NCBI GenBank assembly: GCA_028282585.1
Contig: JANQHR010000052.1
Coordinates: 32,001-96,000, forward strand
Source of the DNA: Bacteroidales bacterium
GTDB taxonomy: Bacteria > Bacteroidota > Bacteroidia > Bacteroidales > UBA12077
Direction: 5' to 3'
DNA: 64,000 bases
The stretch's first letter is position 1. Each line of letters opens with the position of its first letter. The position numbers were made by a program, and so were the translations under genes. Positions 28,906 through 38,419 of this stretch are shown here, one piece after another. The notes under the pieces were generated by a model. It made no database searches. It was not told where the DNA came from and saw only the letters and a program-made list of their open reading frames with translations.

Positions 28906-30129
28906 ATGAATAGAGTGGTAATAACAGGAATGGGAATTTATTCCACTATTGGTAAAAACATTGATGAAGTAAAAAAATCTCTTTACGAAGGCAAATCCGG
29001 CATTGGTTTCGAACAAATTCGAAAAGAACTTGGATTTCGTTCAGCTTTAACAGGAATTCTTGAACGCCCAAATTTAAAAGGGCAATTAAAAAGGCGGCAG
29101 CGTGTTGGAATGGCTGAGGAAGGAGAATATGCATATGTAGCAACGGTTGAAGCCTTAAATCAAGCAGGTATCGATGATGATTTCTTAGATTCCAGAGATG
29201 TTGGTATTTTATACGGTAATGATAGTTCTGCAAGGTCAGTTGTTGATTCATATGACTTATTGAAAGAAAAGAAAGATACAGCTTTATTGGGTTCAGGTGC
29301 AATCTTTCAATCAATGAACTCTACTATAACAATGAGTTTATCAACTATATTCAGGTTACGCGGTATTAATTTAACGGTGAGCGCAGCGTGCGCCAGTGGC
29401 TCTCATTCTGTTGGAATGGGTTTCTATTTTATCCGAAGCGGTTTACAAGATATTATTATTTGCGGGGGAGGCCAAGAAATCAATTACCACTCCATGGGGA
29501 GTTTTGACGGGTTAGCAGCATTTTCAACCCGGGAAAATGAACCGCAAAAAGCAAGCCGCCCATTTGACCGAGACCGAGATGGTTTAGTTCCTAGTGGTGG
29601 TGCTGCAACCTTAGTTCTTGAAAGTTATGAATCGGCTGTAAAAAGAGGTGTCCCTATCCTGGCAGAAATTGTTGGATACGGTTTCTCTTCAAATGGAGAC
29701 CATATTTCGGTGCCAAATGTTGAAGGTCCTGCAAAATCACTGGAAAAAGCATTAAAAGATGCAAACTTAAAAGCAAGCGAAATAGATTATATTAATGCTC
29801 ATGCAACTGCAACTCCGGTAGGAGATTTAAATGAAGCACAAGCAATAAGCAAAATATTCGGAGAAAAAACCCCTTATGTTAGTTCAACAAAAGCAATGAC
29901 AGGGCATGAAATGTGGATGGGTGGAGCAAGTGAAATTATTTACTCCATGTTAATGATGCAAAACTCATATGTTGCACCGAATATTAACTTTGATAATCCA
30001 GATGAATATTCAGCTAAGTTAAATATCGCTGCAGAAACTATTAAAAATCATAATATTGATATATTTTTGTCCAATTCGTTTGGATTTGGAGGTACAAACT
30101 CGTCTTTAATTGTAAAAAAAATTAAGTAA
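28906..30129 (+). CDS. Beta-ketoacyl-ACP synthase (FabB/F-type)
   Basis: SAACASG, INAHAT, KAMTGH, SNSFGFGG. Confidence 0.93.
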   Translation: MNRVVITGMGIYSTIGKNIDEVKKSLYEGKSGIGFEQIRKELGFRSALTGILERPNLKGQLKRRQRVGMAEEGEYAYVATVEALNQAGIDDDFLDSRDVGILYGNDSSARSVVDSYDLLKEKKDTALLGSGAIFQSMNSTITMSLSTIFRLRGINLTVSAACASGSHSVGMGFYFIRSGLQDIIICGGGQEINYHSMGSFDGLAAFSTRENEPQKASRPFDRDRDGLVPSGGAATLVLESYESAVKRGVPILAEIVGYGFSSNGDHISVPNVEGPAKSLEKALKDANLKASEIDYINAHATATPVGDLNEAQAISKIFGEKTPYVSSTKAMTGHEMWMGGASEIIYSMLMMQNSYVAPNINFDNPDEYSAKLNIAAETIKNHNIDIFLSNSFGFGGTNSSLIVKKIK

Positions 30130-30153
30130 TTTATTAACTGGGAGAAATCGAAA

Positions 30154-30402
30154 ATGGAGAATCAGGAGATAATTAGCAAGGTAAATGATTTTTTAATTGA
30201 TGAATTCGAGCTTGAAGAAGATCAGTTAATTCCCTCGGCTAGTTTAAAAGAAACATTAGAAATCGACAGCCTTGATTATGTTGATTTAGTTGTTATCATA
30301 GAAAAAAACTTTGGATTTAAAGTTAAAGGAGAAGATTTCGCTTCAATAAAATCTCTTCAGGATTTTTATGATTACATCATAAGCCGGGCCCAGGCTAACT
30401 AA
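30154..30402 (+). CDS. Acyl carrier protein
   Basis: LEIDSLDYVDL. Confidence 0.92.
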   Translation: MENQEIISKVNDFLIDEFELEEDQLIPSASLKETLEIDSLDYVDLVVIIEKNFGFKVKGEDFASIKSLQDFYDYIISRAQAN

Positions 30403-30431
30403 CCCATTATAAAACGAACCGGAGGTGTTGA

Positions 30432-31328
30432 ATGCCATCATGGAAAGGACAATCTCGTGGAAATGTACTTGGATACAAAATCTTTGTACAAACCCTTAAA
30501 CACCTCGGCTTAACTTTTGCCTACTCAATACTTGTATTTGTTGCTTTTTATTACTTTTTGTTTTCTCGTAAAAGTTCAATTCATACGTACCATTACTTTC
30601 GCCATGTCCTTAAATATCCTTGGCTAAAATCAAAATGGAGTATTTACAAAAACTATTTTGTATTTGGGCAGGTCCTTTTAGACAAAGTAGCTATTTTGGG
30701 CGGGTTAAAAGGAAAGTTCTCTTACAATTTTGATGGTGAGCACTATTTACGTGAAATGGCTGAGAATAAAACCGGTGGTATTATTGTAAATGCACATATC
30801 GGTAATTTCGAAATTGCCGGGCAACTTTTGGAAAGGCTTGAAACTAAAATTAATGTTTTAATGTTGGATGCTGAACACCAGAAGATTAAAAATTACTTAT
30901 CAGATGTTTTAGTCAATAAAAATGTAGGAATCATACCCATTCAAAATGATAACTCGCATATAATTCCAATCAGCGAAGCATTAATTAATAAGGAACTTAT
31001 TGCTATGGCAGGCGACCGGTACATTGAAGAAAGCAAATTACACACGGTTGATTTTATGGGTAAAAAAGCAAAGTTTCCAACAGGCCCTTTTTATTTGGCG
31101 GCCAGATTTGGTGTCCCAATTACGTTTGCTTTTGCAATGAAGGAAAGAAATACTCATTACCACTTTTTTGCTTCAAAGCCAGAATTTGTAAAAAGATATA
31201 GGGATCCTAAAGAGCAAGAAAAGGAATTGCATAAATTCATTGAGAAGTATTCCAAAGAGTTTGAACGAATTTTAAGAATGTACCCAATGCAGTGGTTTAA
31301 TTACTACCAGTTTTGGGAGAAAAAGTAA
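30432..31328 (+). CDS. LpxL/LpxP-like lipid acyltransferase
   Basis: AHIGNFE, GDR, FMG..A.FP.GP, YP.QWFNY. Confidence 0.88.
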   Translation: MPSWKGQSRGNVLGYKIFVQTLKHLGLTFAYSILVFVAFYYFLFSRKSSIHTYHYFRHVLKYPWLKSKWSIYKNYFVFGQVLLDKVAILGGLKGKFSYNFDGEHYLREMAENKTGGIIVNAHIGNFEIAGQLLERLETKINVLMLDAEHQKIKNYLSDVLVNKNVGIIPIQNDNSHIIPISEALINKELIAMAGDRYIEESKLHTVDFMGKKAKFPTGPFYLAARFGVPITFAFAMKERNTHYHFFASKPEFVKRYRDPKEQEKELHKFIEKYSKEFERILRMYPMQWFNYYQFWEKK

Positions 31329-31330
31329 TT

Positions 31331-32689
31331 ATGAAAGAAAATAAAATATTATTCGTATCAGCTAACCAACATAAGGTTCCCTATCCTGTTTATCCCATTG
31401 GGCTCTCCTATATCACTACCTATTTGCAGGAAAGGTTGCCTGATTATCAATTTAAAATGGTTGACCTTAATTTTAGTACCATTGATGAATTAGAATCTAT
31501 AACTAAAGATTATAATCCTAAATACATTGGTGTTTCCTTCAGAAATATTGATGATGTTAACTCATATAACAGAGAAGAATTTGTAAGTCATTACAAAAAC
31601 GTCTTAGATCACCTCAGAACTGTTTCAAATGCTAAAATAATAGTTGGCGGTTCTGGTTTTTCAATTTTTCCGGAATTAATGTTTAATAGGTTAAATCCGG
31701 ACTTTGGCGTATATGGAGAAGGTGAACAAACTATTTTAAACCTTATTAATATACTTGATAAGAACGAGGATTATACTGGTTTAAGTAGGTTGGTATACAA
31801 GAAAAACGGGCAATGCGTTTTCAACAAAAACGAGAGTTATTTTAATAATCTGGATTTAGATTTTGACGAAAATTTGATTGACTTTTATTGGGATAAAAGC
31901 GGGATGCTTAATGTTCAAACCAAACGGGGATGCCCATACAATTGTATTTATTGTACCTACCCGTTAATTGAAGGTAAAAAAGTACGTACTCTTAATACGG
32001 ACAAAATTATTGAAACCCTAAAGAAACTTTATTACCAAAAAGGCATTGACTATGTTTTTTTTACAGATTCAGTTTTTAACATCAATAATACATACAATTA
32101 CGAACTAGCAGAAAAAATTATAGCAAGTGGAATAAAAATACAATGGGGTGGTTATTTCACATTTAAAAACCTGGATGAAAATTTATTAAAAACCTTAAAG
32201 AAATCAGGATTAGAGCATGTGGAATTCGGAACTGAAGCAATTTCGGAGAAATGCCTTAAAACCTACGGCAAAAACTTTACGGTTAGAGATGTTCTAGAGA
32301 AATCCGCATTATGCAACAAGTTGGAAATTCCTTTCGCACACTTCTTAATAACAGGAGGTTATGGAGAAACAGATTCAACAGTTGATGAAACCTTTGAAAA
32401 TTCAAAATTAATCGATAATTCTGTGTTCTTCACTTTTGTTGGCATGAGGATTTATCCTGGCACTAAACTACAGAAATATGCTATACAGGAAGGCGTTATT
32501 GATGAAAAGGATTCCTTATTAGAACCTAAATATTACCTTTCCAAAGATGTAAATTACGATACACTAAAAGAAAGGTCATATAAAACAAGGAAACGTTGGG
32601 TATTTCCAGATGAAGATACCGCAACAATTAGCAATAAATTAAGAAAAAGAGGTAAAAAAGGGCCATTATGGGAATATATGATCATATAA
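31331..32689 (+). CDS. Lipid-biosynthesis-type B12-binding radical SAM protein
   Basis: PYPVYPIGL, SFRNIDD, GGSGFS, GEGE, QTKRGCPYNCIYC, RIYPGT. Confidence 0.9.
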   Translation: MKENKILFVSANQHKVPYPVYPIGLSYITTYLQERLPDYQFKMVDLNFSTIDELESITKDYNPKYIGVSFRNIDDVNSYNREEFVSHYKNVLDHLRTVSNAKIIVGGSGFSIFPELMFNRLNPDFGVYGEGEQTILNLINILDKNEDYTGLSRLVYKKNGQCVFNKNESYFNNLDLDFDENLIDFYWDKSGMLNVQTKRGCPYNCIYCTYPLIEGKKVRTLNTDKIIETLKKLYYQKGIDYVFFTDSVFNINNTYNYELAEKIIASGIKIQWGGYFTFKNLDENLLKTLKKSGLEHVEFGTEAISEKCLKTYGKNFTVRDVLEKSALCNKLEIPFAHFLITGGYGETDSTVDETFENSKLIDNSVFFTFVGMRIYPGTKLQKYAIQEGVIDEKDSLLEPKYYLSKDVNYDTLKERSYKTRKRWVFPDEDTATISNKLRKRGKKGPLWEYMII

Positions 32690-33105
32690 TTGCAACAGGA
32701 GAAGACATTTTGCAGTTCATTCCTCAAAGAGCTCCAATGGTAATGGTTGAAAAACTCCATAAGGCAGAAAACGGCCAAACCATTGGAAGTTTTGAAATAA
32801 AAGAAGAAAATATTTTCTGTAAAGATGGTTCTTTGCAAGAGCCCGGGTTAATTGAAAATATAGCACAAACTGCTGCCGTAGGTGTGGGGTTCGAGTATAG
32901 AAATGAAGACAAAGAAGTGCCAACCGGTTATATTGGAGCAGTGCAAAAGCTTACCATACATAAATTGCCGGAAGTAGGCAAAAACATTATTACAGAAATA
33001 AATGTTGAACATAAAGTATTTAATACAACCCTAATTAATGGTAAAATCACATGCAATGATGAGTTAATTGCAGATTGTACTATGAAAATTTTTCTGGATG
33101 AATAG
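32668..33105 (+). CDS. FabA/Z-like hotdog dehydratase
   Basis: IPQRAPMVMV, GLIENIAQTAA, GYIGAV. Confidence 0.85.
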   Translation: MGIYDHIIATGEDILQFIPQRAPMVMVEKLHKAENGQTIGSFEIKEENIFCKDGSLQEPGLIENIAQTAAVGVGFEYRNEDKEVPTGYIGAVQKLTIHKLPEVGKNIITEINVEHKVFNTTLINGKITCNDELIADCTMKIFLDE

Positions 33106-33106
33106 A

Positions 33107-33567
33107 AAATGATTAAATGCATAAATGATTAAATAAAGAATCACATGAATAAAATGACAGAAAAGGAAATATTTATAGAGAATTTAAAGAAACGAACCAA
33201 AAAATTTGCTGTTGATGTTATTTTATTTTGTAATTCACTTAAGGTGTGCAAAGCTTCTGACGTTATAACTTATCAACTTGTAAAATCTGCAACATCAACT
33301 GGGGCTAATTATCGTGCAGCATGCAGAGCTAGGTCAAAAAAGGAATTTTTTAGCAAAATTTGCATTGTTGTTGAAGAGGCTGATGAATCTGAATATTGGT
33401 TAGAACTTATAAATGATACTAATTTATCGAATGATAAAAATGAATTATTAAGGCTTTATAATGAAGCAAATGAAATTACAAAGATAATGACAAAGGCGAA
33501 AAACACATCTTACGTAAGTAAAACTTAATACATTTGATAATTTTAGCATTTACTCATTTAAGCATTG
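33107..33567. repeat. Inverted 8-bp tandem-repeat arms around four-helix gene
   Basis: 33107-33138 aaatgatt aaatgcat aaatgatt aaataaag; 33528-33567 atacattt gataattt tagcattt actcattt aagcattg. Confidence 0.8.
33145..33528 (+). CDS. Four-helix-bundle protein (23S rRNA IVP/bAvd-like)
   Basis: LKKRTKKFA, QLVKSATSTGANYRAACRARS..EF..K..IV.EEADES.YWLEL. Confidence 0.92.
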   Translation: MNKMTEKEIFIENLKKRTKKFAVDVILFCNSLKVCKASDVITYQLVKSATSTGANYRAACRARSKKEFFSKICIVVEEADESEYWLELINDTNLSNDKNELLRLYNEANEITKIMTKAKNTSYVSKT

Positions 33568-33579
33568 AAACTAAAAACC

Positions 33580-33981
33580 ATGGAAAAAGATAAAGTACCA
33601 CAAGATGAAGGGATAACGGGGGGAATAACCCGAGAAGTTCAATATGCTGTTGATAAAGACGGCAAATATGTAAAAACCTTCAGTAAAGGTTGGGAACCTA
33701 AAAATATAGTCAACGAACTTGCATGGGAAGATATACAAGAATTGGTTGATGAAGCTGATGAAAAAATAAAAGCAGGCAAAGCAAGCCCAATTATGCATTA
33801 CATGGCTAAAAACCAAATGAATGTTACGTTGCTTGCCGACTATGTAGAATTATCCAAATGGAAGGTTAAGAAACACCTGAAACCAAAAGGATTCAAGAAC
33901 CTAAAGCCAGAACAATTAGAAAATTATGCGAAAGTATTCAATATTAGCGTAGGTGAGTTAGCTAACTTTAAGCCTGAATAA
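33580..33981 (+). CDS. Small XRE/HTH-like protein paired with BtrH-like gene
   Basis: VPQD, YAVDKDGKY, SKGWEP, SPI..YM, KVKKHLKP..F..L...L..YA.VF; ATG 33580 preferred. Confidence 0.7.
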   Translation: MEKDKVPQDEGITGGITREVQYAVDKDGKYVKTFSKGWEPKNIVNELAWEDIQELVDEADEKIKAGKASPIMHYMAKNQMNVTLLADYVELSKWKVKKHLKPKGFKNLKPEQLENYAKVFNISVGELANFKPE

Positions 33982-34123
33982 TTAAATGAACCATCCAAGT
34001 ACCATTCTTTTTATAGAATTAAATAAATCACATGGATGTTACTTCGGGCTGGAAACAAGGTTTGTTGTATTCAATAATTCAGTAAATAAAAGAGATATCA
34101 ATCAAATTAATATAAAAAAGTAG

Positions 34124-35137
34124 ATGAAACTTGATTTCGAACATATACCTGCAGGGCACTGCGAAAATGGAGTAATTTCAAGCCTGTTAAAATATCATGG
34201 ATTAAACTTAAGCGAAGCCATGATTTTTGGAATTGGCAGTGGTTTCTTTTTTGCATACATGCCATTTGTAAAAGTAAATGGAATTCCATTAGCTTCATTC
34301 CGCCCTGTGCCTGGAATGATATTTTCACGCGCTGCCAAACGGCTAGGAATTAAAATGAAAAAACAATCTTTTAGGAAACAACCTAAAAGAGCGATGGATG
34401 AACTGGATAAGGTTCTTGAAAAGAAATTACCGGTTGGAGTTCAAACCGGAGTATACCACCTAACTTACTTCCCTCCCGCTTACCGATTTCATTTTAATGC
34501 GCACAACTTAACCGTTTTTGGCAAAGAAAATGGAGTATACCATATAAGTGACCCTGTTATGGAATACGCTACTACGTTAACTTCTGAAGAGCTTAAAAAA
34601 GCAAGGTATGCTAAAGGCCCATTAAGCCCTAATGGTAAAATGTATTACCCAATTGATATTCCTGAAAATATCGAATTAAAACCTGCAATTATCAAAGGTA
34701 TTAAACAAACTTGCGATTGGATGTTGACTATCCCGGTTCCATTATTTGGTGTAAAAGGAATTAGGTACCTATCTAAACGAGTTCGTAAATGGCCGGATAA
34801 ATTAGGAGCAAGAAAAGCAGCTTCATATTTAGCGCAATTGGTTAGAATGCTTGAAGAAATTGGTACCGGAGGTGCTGGGTTCCGTTTTATTTACGCTGCA
34901 TTCTTACAAGAAGTATCAGAAGTAATGGAAGACCAACGATATTTTGAACTTTCCAAGAAAATGACAGCAATTGGTGATATGTGGAGAAATTTCTCTTCAT
35001 TGGCTGCGCAAACTTGTAAAGGGCGTTCTTCAGACCCGGACGGTTATAATACAGTGGCAAATCTTATGTTAGAGATTGCTGATGATGAAGAAAGGTTTTT
35101 TACTGAATTAAAACAACTAGTCAATGCAGGAAAATAA
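34124..35137 (+). CDS. BtrH-like protein, copy 2
   Basis: HCENG, FGIGSG, FHFNAHNL, ISDP, EEIGTGGAGFRFIYAAFL. Confidence 0.88.
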   Translation: MKLDFEHIPAGHCENGVISSLLKYHGLNLSEAMIFGIGSGFFFAYMPFVKVNGIPLASFRPVPGMIFSRAAKRLGIKMKKQSFRKQPKRAMDELDKVLEKKLPVGVQTGVYHLTYFPPAYRFHFNAHNLTVFGKENGVYHISDPVMEYATTLTSEELKKARYAKGPLSPNGKMYYPIDIPENIELKPAIIKGIKQTCDWMLTIPVPLFGVKGIRYLSKRVRKWPDKLGARKAASYLAQLVRMLEEIGTGGAGFRFIYAAFLQEVSEVMEDQRYFELSKKMTAIGDMWRNFSSLAAQTCKGRSSDPDGYNTVANLMLEIADDEERFFTELKQLVNAGK

Positions 35138-35882
35138 TCATATCATTGAATTAAAATACCTGACTAAATATTACAAAGGTTCAAGTGTTCCTGCTATTGA
35201 TAACATAAACCTTAACATTGATAAAGGGGAAATATATGGCTTACTTGGCCCTAATGGAGCAGGTAAAACAACTACGATTTCAATTCTCTGTGGGCTATTT
35301 GGTGCAACATCCGGAAATGTTTTTATCGATGGAATGGAATACCAGCATTCCAGAGAAAAAATTAAAAGCATTATTGGGATAGTACCACAAGAAATAGCGC
35401 TTTATCCATCATTAACTGCCAAGGAAAACCTTACATTTTTTGGCCATATGTATGGCCTAAAAGGCAAAGAATTGAAAAATAGAATCAATGAATGCCTTGA
35501 ATTATTTGGCTTAGAGAAAAATGCAAACAGAAGAATTAAAACCTTTTCGGGCGGAATGAAAAGAAGAATAAACCTCATAGCAGGTATTCTTCATAAACCC
35601 AAGATTATATATTTAGACGAACCTACAGTTGGTGTTGACGTGCAATCACGTAATGTGATTTTAGAACATTTGCGTGCTATCAATAAAGAAGGAACAACCA
35701 TTATATACACATCTCATTATATGGAGGAAGCAGAAAATTTCTGTTCTCGTGTAGCTATCATAGATAAGGGAAATATTCTTACCGAAGGTAAACCTAAAGA
35801 ACTAATTGATGGCAAAGAAGAATATACAGATTTAGAAAATATTTTCTTACATATAACAGGAAGAGCATTACGCGACGAATAA
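35124..35882 (+). CDS. ABC transporter ATP-binding protein
   Basis: GPNGAGKT, FSGGMKRR, LDEPT, SH. Confidence 0.95.
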   Translation: MQENNHIIELKYLTKYYKGSSVPAIDNINLNIDKGEIYGLLGPNGAGKTTTISILCGLFGATSGNVFIDGMEYQHSREKIKSIIGIVPQEIALYPSLTAKENLTFFGHMYGLKGKELKNRINECLELFGLEKNANRRIKTFSGGMKRRINLIAGILHKPKIIYLDEPTVGVDVQSRNVILEHLRAINKEGTTIIYTSHYMEEAENFCSRVAIIDKGNILTEGKPKELIDGKEEYTDLENIFLHITGRALRDE

Positions 35883-35949
35883 TTTGCAAAAGTAAATTAG
35901 ATGAATTCTTTATACGATTATAAAATATAAACGGAATAGCTTAAATAAA

Positions 35950-36067
35950 CAAGGGTAGATGGAACATTGGATTATTGGAAATATCAATTTAAAAAATAAT
36001 CATTTAAATTGTTTATATCCATTTTTCCATCAATCCCTGTCTGCCGACAGGCAGGCAAAATTCCAAT
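35950..36067. repeat. Gene-less pair of inverted 8-bp tandem-repeat arms
   Basis: 35958-35981 gatggaac attggatt attggaaa; 36016-36067 tatccatt tttccatc aatc[20 bp]caaa attccaat; inner caatttaaa/tttaaattg stem. Confidence 0.7.
36036..36055. repeat. 20-bp REP-like imperfect palindrome
   Basis: cctgtctgccgacaggcagg; GC-rich island in AT-rich spacer, resembles short palindromes common in Bacteroidota intergenic DNA. Confidence 0.7.
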
Positions 36068-36136
36068 TTTAAATGGTATAAGGTTAAATAATAAATGAAA
36101 CTTTTATAATAGAGTTAAAATACAAATCATCAGAAA

Positions 36137-37420
36137 ATGATACGATTAATATCATCCATATATAAAGAGTTTTTAGTTCTTATTAGAGATCGAGCAGGAT
36201 TGGCAATTTTATTTATTATGCCTTTAGTTCTTATACTCATAATGACTTTAATTCAAGATGCAACTTTCAGGACGGTAAAAGAAGTTGACATCTCAATGAT
36301 TCTAGTAAATAATGATAGGGATAGTTTAGGCGAAGCTATTAGCCAAGGATTATACGATTCAGAGTTTTTTACTATAGTCGAAGAAATTGATGGAGAAAAA
36401 ATCACCGATTCTTTAGCAAAAGAATTAGTTGCAAGAGGCGATTATAAAATTGGAATTATTATTCCGGAAAGAGCAACAGATGCTATTCGAGGCAATGTTA
36501 ATGCTTTAATCAATAAATCTTTCAAATCATTTAATGTTCCGGGAGTAAAGAAAAGAACCAGGAAAAGTACAATTGATATTACTATTTATATTGACCCTGC
36601 AACAAGCCAGTCTTTTAAAAATATGGTAATGAGTTCCTTAAAGGAGTTTACTTCACAGCTAGAGATTGAAATGTTTTTTAAGAACTTTTCGGAAGCCATG
36701 GCTCAAATGATGCCAGGCCAAAAACCTATAAAATTTGAAAGCTTTGAAACCATAAAGTACCAGGAAGTTTATGCTTCAACAACAAAGGATGAAATGCTTC
36801 CAAATTCGGTTCAACATAATGTACCTGCATGGACTATGTTCGCAATGTTCTTTATTGTACTGCCACTAGCTGGAAACATTATTAAAGAACGGGATGATGG
36901 AAGTGCTTTCCGTTTAAAAACAATGCCAGGGTCTTTTGTTACAGTTATGTTTAGTAAGATTTTTGTATTTCTAGGTGTAGCATTTTTACAGTTTATTTTA
37001 ATGCTAATGGTTGGTGTTTACATCATGCCACTAATGGGATTGCCACAGTTGGAAATTGGCCCTCATAAAATTGCATTAGGTGTTATGGCAATTGCTTCCG
37101 GGTTAGCCGCAACAGGTTACGGAGTTGCTATTGGAACTATCGCAACTACCCATGAACAAGCAGCCACTTTTGGTGCTGTTTCAATTATCATTTTTGCAGC
37201 TTTAGGCGGCATTTGGGTTCCGGTATATGTAATGCCTCATACAATAAGAATTATCAGCCAGTTCTCTCCTCTTCATTGGGGGTTAAATGGCTTTTATGAT
37301 ATATTCCTTCGTGGCGGTGATATTTCTGTAGTAATCGCTGAAACTGCAAAATTGTTGCTGTTTTTTGTAATCATGCTATTAATAGCAGTTGCTTATAATA
37401 AGTACACAAAAACCAAATAA
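36137..37420 (+). CDS. ABC-2 type exporter permease
   Basis: KEF..L.RD...L..LFIMP, QHNVP.WTMFAMFF, ER..G...RL, LGGIWVP, SPL.W. Confidence 0.92.
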   Translation: MIRLISSIYKEFLVLIRDRAGLAILFIMPLVLILIMTLIQDATFRTVKEVDISMILVNNDRDSLGEAISQGLYDSEFFTIVEEIDGEKITDSLAKELVARGDYKIGIIIPERATDAIRGNVNALINKSFKSFNVPGVKKRTRKSTIDITIYIDPATSQSFKNMVMSSLKEFTSQLEIEMFFKNFSEAMAQMMPGQKPIKFESFETIKYQEVYASTTKDEMLPNSVQHNVPAWTMFAMFFIVLPLAGNIIKERDDGSAFRLKTMPGSFVTVMFSKIFVFLGVAFLQFILMLMVGVYIMPLMGLPQLEIGPHKIALGVMAIASGLAATGYGVAIGTIATTHEQAATFGAVSIIIFAALGGIWVPVYVMPHTIRIISQFSPLHWGLNGFYDIFLRGGDISVVIAETAKLLLFFVIMLLIAVAYNKYTKTK

Positions 37421-37426
37421 ATCCCA

Positions 37427-37902
37427 GGTTCATAGTTTAAAGTACAAAGTTTAAAAGTTTTATATTTAATGGCAGCATTTACAAAATTTGAAGATATTGA
37501 AGCTTGGAGAAAAGCTCGTGAATTATGCAAGCTTATCTTTGAAATAACTGAAAAAGACAAGTTTTCCAGAGATTTTTCTTTAAAAGACCAAATTAGAAGA
37601 TCTTCTGGTAGTGTAATGGACAATATTGCTGAAGGCTTTGAAAGAGGTGGAAGAAAAGAATTTATACAATTTCTTTTTATTTCAAAATCATCTTGTGCTG
37701 AAACAAAATCACAGTTATATCGGGCACTTGATTATAAATATATTGACAAAAATGAATTGAATAAATGGTATGAGAAAGCTTGCGAATGCACAAAACTCAT
37801 TGTTGGATTAATCAATTATCTCAAATCATCTAGTGTTAAAGGCCTAAAGTATTTATAAAATCACTTTGAAAACTTTGAACTGTAAACTTTGAACTAAGAA
37901 CT
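37427..37902. repeat. Inverted 7-bp tandem-repeat arms around four-helix gene
   Basis: 37427-37462 ggttcat agtttaa agtacaa agtttaa a agtttta; 37868-37902 gaaaact ttgaact gtaaact ttgaact aagaact. Confidence 0.82.
37469..37858 (+). CDS. Four-helix-bundle protein (23S rRNA IVP/bAvd-like)
   Basis: FEDIEAWRKAREL, LKDQIRRSSGSVMDNIAEGFER...KEFIQFL.ISK.SCAE..SQLY.A.D. Confidence 0.93.
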   Translation: MAAFTKFEDIEAWRKARELCKLIFEITEKDKFSRDFSLKDQIRRSSGSVMDNIAEGFERGGRKEFIQFLFISKSSCAETKSQLYRALDYKYIDKNELNKWYEKACECTKLIVGLINYLKSSSVKGLKYL

Positions 37903-37990
37903 ATTAAAACATTGTTAATAATTTAAAACATAATATGCTAACTTTTAATCCATAGAGCTTAATTTAGCAGTTTGTTAAAAAAATAGAAAA

Positions 37991-38419
37991 TTGGAAAAGA
38001 AACCACTAATACATAGAACTGAAATCGTTGTAAGGTTTAGTGAAGTAGATTCGATGGGAATCGTATGGCATGGTAATTATGCCAAATACTTTGAAGATGG
38101 CCGTGAAGCATTTGGGAAGGCTTTGGGCTTAAGTTACCTGGATGTTTATGCAAACAAGCACCTCACTCCTCTTGTTAAACTTGATTTTGAGTACAAAACT
38201 CCTCTTGAATATGGAGATTCAGCAATTATAGAAACAAGGTATATTGACCATGATGCTGCTAAAATTCATTTTGAATATACCATATACAACAAAAAAAATA
38301 ACAAGGTTGCTGCAACCGGAGAAAGCATTCAGGTGTTTTTAAATCTAGAAAGAGAATTGGTTTTAATTGCTCCTGATTTTTTCCTTGAATGGAAAAGAAA
38401 AATGGGACTCCTTGAATAA
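37991..38419 (+). CDS. YbgC/4HBT-like acyl-CoA thioesterase
   Basis: VRFSEVDSMGIVWHGNY..YFE.GR. Confidence 0.92.
   Translation: MEKKPLIHRTEIVVRFSEVDSMGIVWHGNYAKYFEDGREAFGKALGLSYLDVYANKHLTPLVKLDFEYKTPLEYGDSAIIETRYIDHDAAKIHFEYTIYNKKNNKVAATGESIQVFLNLERELVLIAPDFFLEWKRKMGLLE

Noticed and set aside
33982-34123. 142-bp spacer with catcca/tggatg inverted hexamer, possible further empty cassette
   Set aside because: No periodic tandem units on either side; a 6-bp match is expected by chance.
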